A DNA stretch of 64,000 bases from the NCBI RefSeq assembly GCF_016793285.1, contig NZ_JAEUMO010000128.1, positions 3 to 64,002 of the forward strand. Reading direction: 5' to 3'. Shown here in pieces: positions 47,347-56,215 of this stretch (its first letter is position 1; each line of letters starts with the position of its first letter). The DNA is from Phenylobacterium sp. (GTDB lineage Bacteria > Pseudomonadota > Alphaproteobacteria > Caulobacterales > Caulobacteraceae). A model generated the notes under the pieces. That model did not search any database and was not told the DNA's origin. It saw only the letters and a list, made by a program, of their open reading frames with translations. Both the position numbers and the translations under genes were made by a program.

Positions 47347-47601
47347 TCCGCGGAGAGCGGACTGACTATCCGTTGGGGATGGGAGACGCGACCGGAACCG
47401 AAGCTCCTGGAGCCTCAGGTCCCGGGCGCGTCTCTTTCTTTGCTCTCCCGCGGGGAGCTCCCGCGGGCGAAGGGGGCTTCCGCGCGCTCCTCTCGACTGC
47501 AATCCTTCCGTTCACGGGGACTCGCCGCTCAACCTGTCTCGAGTCGAAGCCCCTCCGGCCCTTCGGGCCACCTCCCCGGCAGAGGTGGGACTGGACGATA
47601 G

Positions 47602-49050
47602 ATGACCGACGCCACCGCCCTGACCGACGAGACCGGCAATGCCCGGCCCTACTCCGTCTCGGAGCTGGCTTTCGCGCTGAAGCGGACGCTGGAGGACGCC
47701 TACGGCTTCGTGCGGCTGCGTGCGGAGCTGTCGAAGGTCACCCACCACTCCAACGGCCATATCTACCTGACGCTGAAGGACGATCGCGCGGCGATCGACG
47801 GCGTGGTCTGGAAGACGCAGGCGCGGTTCCTGTCGGTGCGGCCCGAGCAGGGGCTGGAGGTGATCGTCACCGGCAAGATCACCACCTATCCGCAAGGCAG
47901 CCGCTACCAGATCGTCATCGAGACGATGGAGGTGGCCGGCATCGGCGCGCTGCTGGCCCAGCTCGAGCGGCTGAAGCAGAAGCTGGCCGCCGAGGGCCTG
48001 TTCGAGGCGGCCCGAAAAACGCCGATCCCGGCGATGCCGGCCGTCGTCGGCGTGGTGACCAGCCCGACCGGGGCCGTGATCCGCGACATCCTGCACCGCA
48101 TCCGCGACCGCTGGCCGTGCCGGGTTATCGTCTGGCCCGTGGTGGTGCAGGGCGAGCAGGCGGCGGCGCAGGTGGCCGCCGCCATCCGCGGCTTCAACGC
48201 GCTGGAGCCCGGCGGGCGGGTCCCACGGCCGGACGTCCTGATCGTGGCGCGCGGCGGCGGCTCGGTGGAGGACCTCTGGGCCTTCAACGACGAGGCCCTG
48301 GCCCGGACTGTGGCCGAGAGCACGATCCCGCTCATCAGCGCCGTCGGCCACGAGACCGACACCACCCTCATCGACTTCGTCTCCGACCGCCGCGCGCCGA
48401 CGCCGACCGCCGCCGCCGAGATGGCGACGCCGGTGCTGGCGGAACTCAGGGCGCTGATCTCCGATCTCGGCGGACGCATGCATCGCTGCGGCGGCCGCGT
48501 CGTCGAGGACCGCCGCACGCGCATCGAGCACGCCGGCCGGGCGCTCGCCCGCGTGCCCGACATGCTGCGGCTGGCCGAGCAGCGGTTCGACATCGTCTCG
48601 GGCCGGCTCGCCGCCAGCCTGGCCCGGAACCAGGCGGCGCACGAGCGCGACCTGCTGGCGGTCTCGGCGCGCCTGTCGCCGCTCTTGCTGCAGCGGCCGC
48701 AGCAGGTGTGGAGGCAGCGCCTGGACGGCCTGGCCGCCCGCCTGCCGCCGGCGGCGGCCCGGCGCATGGACCGTGCGGCCGAGCGGCTGTCGGCGGTCTC
48801 GAAGCTGTTCGTGGCAGTGGATCCCGAGCGGCCGCTCTATCGCGGCTTCGCCCTGGTGACACGCGGCGACGGCTCGCTGGTCATCAACGGCGGCCTGCTG
48901 GGCGACGGCGAACAGGTGACCATCAAGTTCGGCGACCGCACCGAGCGCAAGGCGGTCATCGACGGCCAGCCCGGCGCCAACCCGACGATCGCACGCAAAC
49001 CGGCGCGGAGGGGCAAGGCGCCCGCCGCCGATCAGGGCGATCTGTTCTGA
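47602..49050 (+). CDS. xseA: exodeoxyribonuclease VII large subunit
   Basis: The 482-aa product has an OB-fold N-terminus ([30 protein letters not shown]...GHIYLTLKD) and a catalytic region ([16 protein letters not shown]...[16 protein letters not shown]). Confidence 0.92.
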   Translation: MTDATALTDETGNARPYSVSELAFALKRTLEDAYGFVRLRAELSKVTHHSNGHIYLTLKDDRAAIDGVVWKTQARFLSVRPEQGLEVIVTGKITTYPQGSRYQIVIETMEVAGIGALLAQLERLKQKLAAEGLFEAARKTPIPAMPAVVGVVTSPTGAVIRDILHRIRDRWPCRVIVWPVVVQGEQAAAQVAAAIRGFNALEPGGRVPRPDVLIVARGGGSVEDLWAFNDEALARTVAESTIPLISAVGHETDTTLIDFVSDRRAPTPTAAAEMATPVLAELRALISDLGGRMHRCGGRVVEDRRTRIEHAGRALARVPDMLRLAEQRFDIVSGRLAASLARNQAAHERDLLAVSARLSPLLLQRPQQVWRQRLDGLAARLPPAAARRMDRAAERLSAVSKLFVAVDPERPLYRGFALVTRGDGSLVINGGLLGDGEQVTIKFGDRTERKAVIDGQPGANPTIARKPARRGKAPAADQGDLF

Positions 49051-49078
49051 GACGCGCAGAAGGACTAGATAGGCGCTC

Positions 49079-49294
49079 ATGAACGCCCACGACCGGAACC
49101 TCGGCGCCGACCAGGCCAGGCTGCACTACGGCGACGGCGACTACGCCGTGCTGAAGCCGGGCCGCTATGTGCTCTGCGCCGTCACCGGCCAGAAGATCCC
49201 GCTGGAGCAGCTCCGCTACTGGAGCGCCGAACTCCAGGAGGCCTACGCCGGCCCCGCCGAGTCCCTGAAGCGCTGGCAGGAGACGCAGCGCTAG
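49079..49294 (+). CDS. small conserved protein (DUF2093-like)
   Basis: The 71-aa product has a plausible composition (ARLHYGDGDYAVLKPGRYVLCAVTGQKIPLEQLRYWSAELQEAY). The family name is from memory only. Confidence 0.6.
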   Translation: MNAHDRNLGADQARLHYGDGDYAVLKPGRYVLCAVTGQKIPLEQLRYWSAELQEAYAGPAESLKRWQETQR

Positions 49295-49331
49295 CGAAGC
49301 GCTCCCTTCCCGCGGTATGCGGGAGGCACGC

Positions 49332-50243
49332 CTATCTGCGATAGACTTCGTTCGGCCACCGGCGGTGGACCCAGAACCACTCGGCGGGCCGCGCGCGCAC
49401 GCGATCCTCGATGAAGGCGGTGATGCGGCGGACGCCCTCGTGGATGTCGGCGTCGCGGTCGCCGGTGGCCTCCAGCACCATCTGCTCGTGAACCACCACC
49501 CTGAACCGCGCGCCCGGTCCGGTCCGCTGGACGCTCAGCGGCTGGATCGGAATCCCGAAACGGAGCGCGAAGGTGGAGGGGCCGGGCGCGGTCATGGCCG
49601 GAACGCCGAAGAACGGGACCTCGACGCCGCCGTTGAACTTCTGATCGTTCAGCAGCGCGACGGACTCGCCCCGGCCGATGGCCCGCATCAGTTCGCGCGC
49701 GCCCTCCAGCCCCTTGGGCGCGAACATCCGCACGCCGTAGCTGAACCGGGTGCGCCGGACGCGCTCGTCCATGCGCGGGTTGTTCATGGCGCGATAGGTC
49801 ACCTGCACCCGCACGCCGCAGCGGACCATCGCCGCCGCCATCATCTCGAAATTGGAGAAGTGGCCGGAAATGAACACGACCGGCCGTTCCCCTGCGGCGA
49901 TTGCGCCCAGCAGGGCCTCCCCCTCGATGGCAAGCCGCGATTCGTCGGCTACAACACGGTCGAGGATCGCGAACTCGGCTAGCGATCTACCCAGTTCAGT
50001 CCATTGTTCCTGGAGGAGAGTCTTGACCTCGGCGTCAGTGAGGTGAGGAAAGGCGATCCGGATATTCCTTTCCGCCACGCGATGAGCGGTGGTCAGCGGC
50101 CCGAGCCTCCGACATAGCCAGGCGCCGGAATTTGATACATAATCAATGGGAAAGAGGCGGGCGAGCGCCCGAAACGCGTCAAATAACGCGGCCTCCAGCA
50201 TCCAAACAAGTTCTGTCACGTATGAATGGTTACGTGCGGCCAT
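49332..50243 (-). CDS. lipid A biosynthesis (Kdo2-lipid IVA) acyltransferase family protein (LpxL/HtrB-like)
   Basis: The 303-aa product has an HX4D-type acyltransferase motif (FISGHFSNFEMM) and a C-terminal EWFWVHRRWP, typical of this family. Confidence 0.82.
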   Translation of the reverse strand: MAARNHSYVTELVWMLEAALFDAFRALARLFPIDYVSNSGAWLCRRLGPLTTAHRVAERNIRIAFPHLTDAEVKTLLQEQWTELGRSLAEFAILDRVVADESRLAIEGEALLGAIAAGERPVVFISGHFSNFEMMAAAMVRCGVRVQVTYRAMNNPRMDERVRRTRFSYGVRMFAPKGLEGARELMRAIGRGESVALLNDQKFNGGVEVPFFGVPAMTAPGPSTFALRFGIPIQPLSVQRTGPGARFRVVVHEQMVLEATGDRDADIHEGVRRITAFIEDRVRARPAEWFWVHRRWPNEVYRR

Positions 50244-50346
50244 TTACCTTCTTAGGTGCGGCCGCCCGCGTTCGGCAATGGAGGCTGCTGGCGTGCGACT
50301 TGCGATGTCTCAACCACGGAGTCCCGAACCGGGACAAAGGGAAATC

Positions 50347-50739
50347 ATGGTCGGGGATTCCATGGACGAGATCGACATCCACCTGGGCCGGCGCCTGCGT
50401 CGACGCCGCCGTCTGCTGGGCCTGACCCAGCAGGAGCTGGCGCACGCCTGCGGGGTCCGCTTCCAGCAGATCCAGAAGTACGAATGTGCGGCCAACCGCA
50501 TGTCGGCGGCCCGCCTGTGGCAGCTCGCCGAGGTGCTGGAGGTCCCCGTCAGCTACTTCTACGAAGGTCTGACCCGCGATCAGCGCGAGCACCTGGAGCG
50601 TGAAACCTCCTCCACGAGCGAGACCCTGGCCTCCAAGGAGACCCAGGACCTGATCCACGCCTACTACCAGCTCGGCGAACGGCCCCGCCGCCGCCTGCTG
50701 GACCTCGCCAAGGCGATGAACGGCGAGATCGAAGCTTAG
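50347..50739 (+). CDS. XRE-family helix-turn-helix transcriptional regulator
   Basis: I trimmed the ORF to ATG 50347. It has the HTH region IDIHLGRRLRRRRRLLGLTQQELAHACGVRFQQIQKYECAANRMSAARLWQLAEVLEVPVSYFYEG. Confidence 0.8.
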   Translation: MVGDSMDEIDIHLGRRLRRRRRLLGLTQQELAHACGVRFQQIQKYECAANRMSAARLWQLAEVLEVPVSYFYEGLTRDQREHLERETSSTSETLASKETQDLIHAYYQLGERPRRRLLDLAKAMNGEIEA

Positions 50740-50770
50740 GACTTCCGCCGCGGCGGGGTATGGCGGTCGC

Positions 50771-51586
50771 ATGACCGCCCTCCTCCCAGAGACCCGCCTG
50801 GCCGAGCTCGACTCCTTCCTGCTCGAACTCAACCGCGCCGCCGCGGAGGCCATCCTCCCCCTGTTCCGCGGCGAGCACGGGCTCTCAAACAAGTACGAGA
50901 TCGGCTTCGACCCCGTGACCGAAGCGGACAAGGGCGCCGAGCGCGCCATCCGCGAGCTCATCGCCGAGCGCTATCCCGACCATGGCGTCATCGGCGAGGA
51001 GTACGGCGAGGACCGGGCGGACTCCGAGTTCGTCTGGGTCCTCGATCCCGTCGACGGCACGCGCGCCTTCATCGCGGGGCTGCCCCTCTGGACCACCCTC
51101 ATCGGCCTGCGCTTCCAGGGGAAGCCCGTGCTGGGCTCCATCGGCCAGTCCTATCTCGGCGAGGTCTACATCGGCCACGCCGGCGGCTCGCGGCTGGTGA
51201 CGGCGCAGGGCGAGCGACCGCTCAGGGTGCGGCCCTGTCCCAGGCTGACCGGCGCGATCATCGCCACCACCGATCCCGAGGCCTGCTTCAGCGGCGCCGA
51301 ACTGGGCGCCTGGACGCAGGTGCGGGCCGCCGCCCGCCTCGCGCGGCTGGGCTGCGACGCCTACGCCTACGCCATGGTGGCGGCGGGCACGATGGACATG
51401 GTGATCGAGGCGGGCCTCAAGGCCTGGGACATCGACGCGGCGATTCCCGTCGTGGCCGGCGCGGGCGGGCTCACCACCGACTGGCGCGGCGAGCCCGTGG
51501 GACCGAACGGCGGACAGATCGTGATCGCCGGCGACCGCGCCTGCCTCGACGAGGCGCTGGTCGCGCTCAGGCGATCGGCGAACTGA
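50771..51586 (+). CDS. inositol monophosphatase family protein (HisN-like histidinol-phosphatase candidate)
   Basis: It has the IMPase motifs DPVTEADKGAERAIR, GEEYG and WVLDPVDGTRAFIAG. Confidence 0.82.
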   Translation: MTALLPETRLAELDSFLLELNRAAAEAILPLFRGEHGLSNKYEIGFDPVTEADKGAERAIRELIAERYPDHGVIGEEYGEDRADSEFVWVLDPVDGTRAFIAGLPLWTTLIGLRFQGKPVLGSIGQSYLGEVYIGHAGGSRLVTAQGERPLRVRPCPRLTGAIIATTDPEACFSGAELGAWTQVRAAARLARLGCDAYAYAMVAAGTMDMVIEAGLKAWDIDAAIPVVAGAGGLTTDWRGEPVGPNGGQIVIAGDRACLDEALVALRRSAN

Positions 51587-51589
51587 CCC

Positions 51590-53191
51590 CTACTTCTTGA
51601 CCGGCGCCTTCCTGGCCGCGGGCTTCTTCGGAACGGCGGCCTTCTTCGCGGCGGCGGGCTGCTTCGGGGCGGACGCCTTGGCCGCCGCAGGCTTCGCAGC
51701 CGCGGCCGGCTTGGCCGCGGGCTTGGGCGCCGGCTTGGGGGCGGTGGGGGCTTTCTTCGCCGCAGCCGGCTTGGCCGCAGGCTTCGCAGCCGCAGCCTTG
51801 GAGGCCGCAGGCTTGGCGGGAGCAAGCTTCGCGGGAGCGGGCTTGGCGGCCTTCGGCGCAGCCTTGGCGGTGGCGGGCTTCGCAGCCGGCTTGGGCGCCG
51901 CGGGTTTCTTGGCCGCCGGAGCCTTCTTCGCCGTCGCGGGTTTGGCCGCAGGCTTCGCCGCCGCCTTGGGGGTGGCAGCCTTCGGAGCGACAGCCTTCGC
52001 CGGCGCGGGCGCGGCCTTGGCGGGCGCAGCCTTCTTTGCGGCCGGCGCCTTCCTGGCCGCGGGCTTCCTGGCTGCCGGCTTCGGCGCCGCGGGCTTGGCC
52101 GCCGCCGGAGCCGGCGCGGCCGCCACGGGGGCGGGGGCGGGGGCCGGTGTCGGCGCGGGCGCCGGGGCGGGTTCGGGAGCCCTGGCCACCGGCGCCGGGG
52201 TCGGCGCAGGAGCCGCAGCCGGCTTCGGGGCCTCGGTGGGCTTCGGCGCGGTCTTGCCGGTGAGCGCGTCGAACACCCGCAGGAAGATGTTACGCATGTC
52301 GTCGGTCTCCATCAGGATCTCGTGGTAGGCGCCGGGCACGGTGATCAGGCGTCCCTGGGGCAGATTGCGGGCCGCGGCCGCTTGCGCGGCGTTGTCGACC
52401 AGCTTGTCCTCGGCGGCCGAGACGATCTCGACCGGAATGGTCACGCCGCGCAGCCGCTCGGGCCGGGCGAGGAAGGCTGTGGCCGACAGCGCGAAGTCGA
52501 GCCAGCCCCAGGTGGGCCCGCCCAGGGCCAGGTCGTTGTTGGCCTTCAGTTGCGCATGGTAGCGTGCAAAGCGTCGGCGGTCGTGTGTGAGCGGGTTGCC
52601 CTCGAACGTATCGTCGAACGGGGCCCCGGACTGGCCCAGCATGTATCGCCCGGCGCGGCCGAAGGTCAGCGACAGCCGCGTCAGCATCGCCGCCGTCCCG
52701 ATCGAGTACTTGCCGAACTGCAGGCCCAGCATCGGCGCCGACAGGCAGGCGCCGGCGAAGCGCCGCTCGCCATTCGCCAGCGCCAGCAGCGTCAGACATC
52801 CGCCCATCGAGTGGCCCACCGCGATCCACGGCTTCGGCAGCCGGTCCTCGTGGCTGTCGAGCAGCCGCCTGTAGTCCTCGAGAAACGGCTTGTAGCCCTT
52901 GGCGTGGCCCTTGAGCCGGTCGGCCAGCTCCCGCTGCGACAGCCCCTGCCCCCGCCAGTCGTGCGCGAGGACGACGAAGCCGCGATCCGTGAAGTCGCGG
53001 ATGGTCTCGTAGTACTTCTCGATCGGTTCGGTGCGACCGCCGGACAGCACCACGGAGCCGCGGGGCTTGCCCGCCGGGCGGAACACGGCCGCACGCAGCT
53101 TCGCGCCGGCGAGGCCCACGAACCAGCCCGCCTCGCCGGCGGGCGGGACGGGATCTTCGGGGATGTCGAGGAGGGGGGCGGGCTCGAACAT
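51590..53191 (-). CDS. alpha/beta hydrolase (lysophospholipase L2/PldB-like) fused to a ~220-aa Ala/Pro/Lys-rich tail
   Basis: The N-terminal ~310 aa has HDWRGQGLS and the nucleophile elbow GHSMGG. The C-terminal part is low-complexity (KPAA/AKPA/APAP repeats) and ends AARKAPVKK. Confidence 0.85.
   Translation of the reverse strand: MFEPAPLLDIPEDPVPPAGEAGWFVGLAGAKLRAAVFRPAGKPRGSVVLSGGRTEPIEKYYETIRDFTDRGFVVLAHDWRGQGLSQRELADRLKGHAKGYKPFLEDYRRLLDSHEDRLPKPWIAVGHSMGGCLTLLALANGERRFAGACLSAPMLGLQFGKYSIGTAAMLTRLSLTFGRAGRYMLGQSGAPFDDTFEGNPLTHDRRRFARYHAQLKANNDLALGGPTWGWLDFALSATAFLARPERLRGVTIPVEIVSAAEDKLVDNAAQAAAARNLPQGRLITVPGAYHEILMETDDMRNIFLRVFDALTGKTAPKPTEAPKPAAAPAPTPAPVARAPEPAPAPAPTPAPAPAPVAAAPAPAAAKPAAPKPAARKPAARKAPAAKKAAPAKAAPAPAKAVAPKAATPKAAAKPAAKPATAKKAPAAKKPAAPKPAAKPATAKAAPKAAKPAPAKLAPAKPAASKAAAAKPAAKPAAAKKAPTAPKPAPKPAAKPAAAAKPAAAKASAPKQPAAAKKAAVPKKPAARKAPVKK
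51593..52255 (-). repeat. low-complexity coding repeat (AKP-rich, histone-H1/AlgP-like tail)
   Basis: GCC/GCG/CCG/AAG codon reiteration encodes ...AAKPAAPKPAARKPAARKAPAAKKAAPAKAAPAPAKAVAPKAATPKAAAKPAAKPATAKKAPAAKK.... Confidence 0.85.
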
Positions 53192-53200
53192 CGGAGGGCT

Positions 53201-53509
53201 CTAGACCGCCCTCTCGAAGAGGGCCTGGATCTCGGGCGTCAGGCTCATCGCGAGCCCCATGTCCGAAAGCTTCATGCGTCCGGTCATCACCGCGCTCATG
53301 GGGTTGAGTTCGCCCTTGCCCAGCTTCTCGAGGTCGGCGCGGCTGATGCGGACGGTGAGGTCGGCGGGCGCGGCCTCGTTGGTCACGCTTGCTCCGGCCA
53401 CATGGATGTAGCCCTCGCCCTTCAGGTCGAGCGTGACGGTGCGGGAGAGCCCCGCCCCGGATTCCGCCGCGCGGCGGATCCTGTCGGTCAGCTCCTCGAG
53501 AGTGGCCAT
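53201..53509 (-). CDS. SCP2 sterol/lipid-carrier domain protein
   Basis: This is the tail of ORF 53201..54316 from ATG 53509. It shows ...RISRADLEKLGKGELNPMSAVMTGRMKLSDMGLAMSL..., where GxxxxxxAxMxGKxKxxGD is the SCP2 signature. Confidence 0.8.
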   Translation of the reverse strand: MATLEELTDRIRRAAESGAGLSRTVTLDLKGEGYIHVAGASVTNEAAPADLTVRISRADLEKLGKGELNPMSAVMTGRMKLSDMGLAMSLTPEIQALFERAV

Positions 53510-53583
53510 GTCCCCATCGGGTTCTCGTGAATCACGCGAGCTTCGCCGCACGCGTCCCGCGTGTAAACACACCGTGACCACTG

Positions 53584-54438
53584 TTAGTTCGGTTTGACGA
53601 ACTTCAGCGTCATCCGGTCGCTCTCGCCGATGGCGTCGTACTTCGCGTGATCGAAGGCCGGATCGAACGCCTCGCCCCGCGGCGACGAGCGGCGCACGGG
53701 CGGCAGGGTCCAGACGCCGAAGGGGTGGTCGCGGGTGTCCCTGGGGTTGGCGTTGATCTCGCTGCTCGCGGCCAGCCGGAAGCCCGCCTCCTGCGCCAGC
53801 CGGACGGCGTATGCCTGGTCGACGTAGCCGTCCTCGGCCAGCAGGTCGGGCACGCGCCCGGGAGCGGCGCGATGCTCCTCGACACCCAGGACACCCCCGG
53901 GCTTCAGCGCCAGGAACGCATCGCGAAACGCCTTCTCGGCGACGCCGGCCGCCATCCAGTTGTGCAGGTTGCGCAGGAAGAGGACGAGGTCGGCGCTGCC
54001 GGCCGGCGCGACCGGACCGCTGGTCGGCCCGAACGCGGTGAGCGCGATCTTTCCGTACAGCCTCTCGTCGGCGAAGTGGGCCTGGAACGCCTGCACGACG
54101 TCGCGCGCCGAGGCGTCGGCGGTGTCGCCCGGTTGCAGGTGCGCGGCATAGAGCCGACCGTTCGTCGCAGCCAGGAACGGCGCCAGGATCTCGGTGTACC
54201 AGCCGGCGCCAGGCCAGAACTCGACCACCGTCGCGCCAGGCTTCAGACCCCAGAACGCGAGGCTCTCGGCGGGATGGCGGAAGCGGTCCCGCACGCGGTC
54301 GGCGGCCGGACGCCACGGCCCGGCGACCGCCGCAGCGATGCTGGTCGCCGGCGCAACCCCGGGCGTCGCGGGCCTGTCCCGGCAGCCGGCCAGCGCAAGG
54401 GCGCCCGCGAGGAGCCCGCGGCGTGAAACGGTGATCAT
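53584..54438 (-). CDS. exported class-I SAM-dependent methyltransferase-like protein (COG4798-type), Tat/lipoprotein-like leader
   Basis: I trimmed ORF 53584..54504 to ATG 54438. The leader MITVSRRGLLAGALALAGC combines an SRRxLL twin-arginine-like motif with a lipobox. The motif-I-like segment is VVEFWPGAGWYTEILA. The C-terminus is KYDAIGESDRMTLKFVKP. Confidence 0.78.
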   Translation of the reverse strand: MITVSRRGLLAGALALAGCRDRPATPGVAPATSIAAAVAGPWRPAADRVRDRFRHPAESLAFWGLKPGATVVEFWPGAGWYTEILAPFLAATNGRLYAAHLQPGDTADASARDVVQAFQAHFADERLYGKIALTAFGPTSGPVAPAGSADLVLFLRNLHNWMAAGVAEKAFRDAFLALKPGGVLGVEEHRAAPGRVPDLLAEDGYVDQAYAVRLAQEAGFRLAASSEINANPRDTRDHPFGVWTLPPVRRSSPRGEAFDPAFDHAKYDAIGESDRMTLKFVKPN

Positions 54439-54526
54439 GGGCGCGCCACCCCCTCTCGCGACGCCCCCCGCGGCAGGGCTACCCGCTGGCGGGGGTCGCG
54501 TCAAAGCCCGCGGAGGTCGCGGGACC

Positions 54527-55363
54527 TCAGCCGCCCTTCACGAAGGTGAGCGTCATCCGGTCGGACTCGCCGATCGCGTCGTACTTCGTGCGGTCGAAGT
54601 TGGGATCCGAGCCGCGCCCGCCGGCGGTCGTCCAGCGCGAGGGCGGCAGGGTCCAGACCCCGAACGGATGGTCCTTGGTGTCCTTCGGGTTGGCGTTGAC
54701 CTCGGACGTCGAGGCGAGGCGGAAGCCCGCCTTCTCGGCTGCGGCGATGACGGTCGCGGTCGCGACATAGCCGTTGCTCACGCCCGGCAGCTCGGGCCTC
54801 GGATCCGAGCGGTGCTCCTCGACGGCGAGGATGCCGCCCGGCTTCAGGACCGCGTGGGCGTCCCTCAGCACCTTGTCGAGCATGTTCTGCATCATGAAGT
54901 TGTGGATGTTGCGCGACGTCATCACGAGGTCGGCCGAGTTGGGCGCGCCCAGCGGCCCGGACTGGGTCCCGAAGTTCACGTAACGGACCGCGCCGTACTT
55001 CGCCTGGTCGCCGAACTTCGTCTCGAACGCCGCGCGGCCGCGCCTGGCGCCTTCCGACAGGCTGGGGTTGGCGAGGTCGGCGGCCGTGGCGACGTAGGTC
55101 CCGCCGGTCGCCTTGGCGTAGGGCGCCAGGATTTCGGTCCAGTAGCCGCCGCCGGGCGAGATCTCGATCACCGTCTGCCTGGGCTTGAGCCCGAAGAACG
55201 TCAGCGTCTCGGCCGGATGGCGCGCGCCGTCGCGGGCCTTGTTCTCAGGTGCGCGCTGCGCGCCGGCGACGGCGGCGGCGAGCTGGGCGTCGGCAGCGTA
55301 GGACGGCGCATAGCCGACGACGACCGCAAGGGCCGCAAGGCCGGCCGAAGCGAGACGGATCAT
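54527..55363 (-). CDS. exported class-I SAM-dependent methyltransferase-like protein, tandem paralog (Sec-type leader)
   Basis: It has the leader MIRLASAGLAALAVVVGYAPSYAADA, the segment VIEISPGGGYWTEILA, and the C-terminus KYDAIGESDRMTLTFVKG. It is collinear with the preceding gene. Confidence 0.8.
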   Translation of the reverse strand: MIRLASAGLAALAVVVGYAPSYAADAQLAAAVAGAQRAPENKARDGARHPAETLTFFGLKPRQTVIEISPGGGYWTEILAPYAKATGGTYVATAADLANPSLSEGARRGRAAFETKFGDQAKYGAVRYVNFGTQSGPLGAPNSADLVMTSRNIHNFMMQNMLDKVLRDAHAVLKPGGILAVEEHRSDPRPELPGVSNGYVATATVIAAAEKAGFRLASTSEVNANPKDTKDHPFGVWTLPPSRWTTAGGRGSDPNFDRTKYDAIGESDRMTLTFVKGG

Positions 55364-55668
55364 GGAGTCCTCCAGGGAGCGTCTTCAGGGGTCCGCGAAG
55401 CTAGTGCATTCGACGGTTCGCTTGAACCGTCGAATGCTCGAGACTCTTGCCGCGGCTTCCCGACCTCGGACCAAGCTGACCGCCGAAAGGGCCAGGCTGC
55501 GCAAACGTCGCGGGACGGCCCCTTGAACGCTCAAATCGCGCCACCTAACTCATCGGGCGGAGGCGCTGGATGTCCGGGCCTCCTTGGGCTGCCGGCGACG
55601 CCGAATCCGGGTCGTCACAGGTCCAACGCAAACAACGCAACCTTGCTTTGCAAGAAGGATGTGAACCC

Positions 55669-56124
55669 ATGCGTACGATCGATTTCGCTCCCCTCTATCG
55701 CTCCGTCGTCGGCTTCGACCGCCTGGCGAACCTGCTGGAAACCGCCGCCGCCGACGGCGCCGCGGGTTATCCGCCCTACAACATCGAACGCACCGACGAG
55801 AACGCCTACCGCATCGACATCGCGGTCGCCGGCTTCCGTCCCGACGAGCTGAACGTCGAGGTGAAGGAGAACCTCCTCACCGTGGCCGGCCGCAAGGCCG
55901 CCAACGACGAAGCGCGCAAGTACCTCCACCGCGGCCTCGCCGAGCGTAACTTCGAGCGCCGGTTCCAACTCGCAGACTACGTGATCGTCACCGACGCGAA
56001 CCTGGCCGACGGCCTGCTGTCGATCTCGCTGAAGCGCGAACTGCCCGAGGCCCTGAAGCCGCGCACCGTCGCGATCACCACGGGCGCGCAAGGCAGCCTG
56101 ATCGAAGGCGAAAAGGCCGCGTAA
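55669..56124 (+). CDS. small heat-shock protein, Hsp20/IbpA family
   Basis: I trimmed the ORF to ATG 55669. It has the alpha-crystallin domain (GYPPYNIERTDENAYRIDIAVAGFRPDELNVEVKENLLTVAGRK...FERRFQLADYVIV...ANLADGLLSISL). Confidence 0.9.
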   Translation: MRTIDFAPLYRSVVGFDRLANLLETAAADGAAGYPPYNIERTDENAYRIDIAVAGFRPDELNVEVKENLLTVAGRKAANDEARKYLHRGLAERNFERRFQLADYVIVTDANLADGLLSISLKRELPEALKPRTVAITTGAQGSLIEGEKAA

Positions 56125-56136
56125 GCCAGATTGCTC

Positions 56137-56165
56137 CCCATCGGGGGAGCTGTCGGCGAAGCCGG
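56137..56165. repeat. partial third copy of the dispersed intergenic element end
   Basis: GGGGAGCTGTCGGCGAA (56144-56160) matches the first 17 nt of the 21-nt end motif of copies A and B. It is preceded by the hairpin GCTCCCC-ATC-GGGGAGC. Confidence 0.6.
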
Positions 56166-56177
56166 CGGTCGAACCGA

Positions 56178-56215
56178 GGCGGCGTCCCTTCGCGGGGGCG
56201 CCGCCTTCTTCATTT
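56178..56215. terminator. GC-rich hairpin plus T-rich tract after hsp20 (possible bidirectional terminator)
   Basis: GGCGGCG (56178-56184) pairs with CGCCGCC (56199-56205), with inner CCC/GGG pairs. It is followed by TTCTTCATTT. It overlaps the stop of the convergent pentapeptide-repeat gene. Confidence 0.5.

Noticed and set aside
47440-47475. Twin CCCGCGGG palindromes after gcrA as an intrinsic terminator.
   Set aside because: The stems are short, there is no U-tract, and such palindromes are frequent at this GC content. The support is not strong enough for a feature call.
51597-52328. Plus-strand ORF encoding an Ala/Gly/Phe-rich 243-aa protein (MTGAFLAAGFFGTAAFFAAAG...).
   Set aside because: It is the antisense reading of the AKP-repeat tail (GCC/AAG codons read backwards give GGC/CTT). 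It has no start context and is explained by the minus-strand gene.
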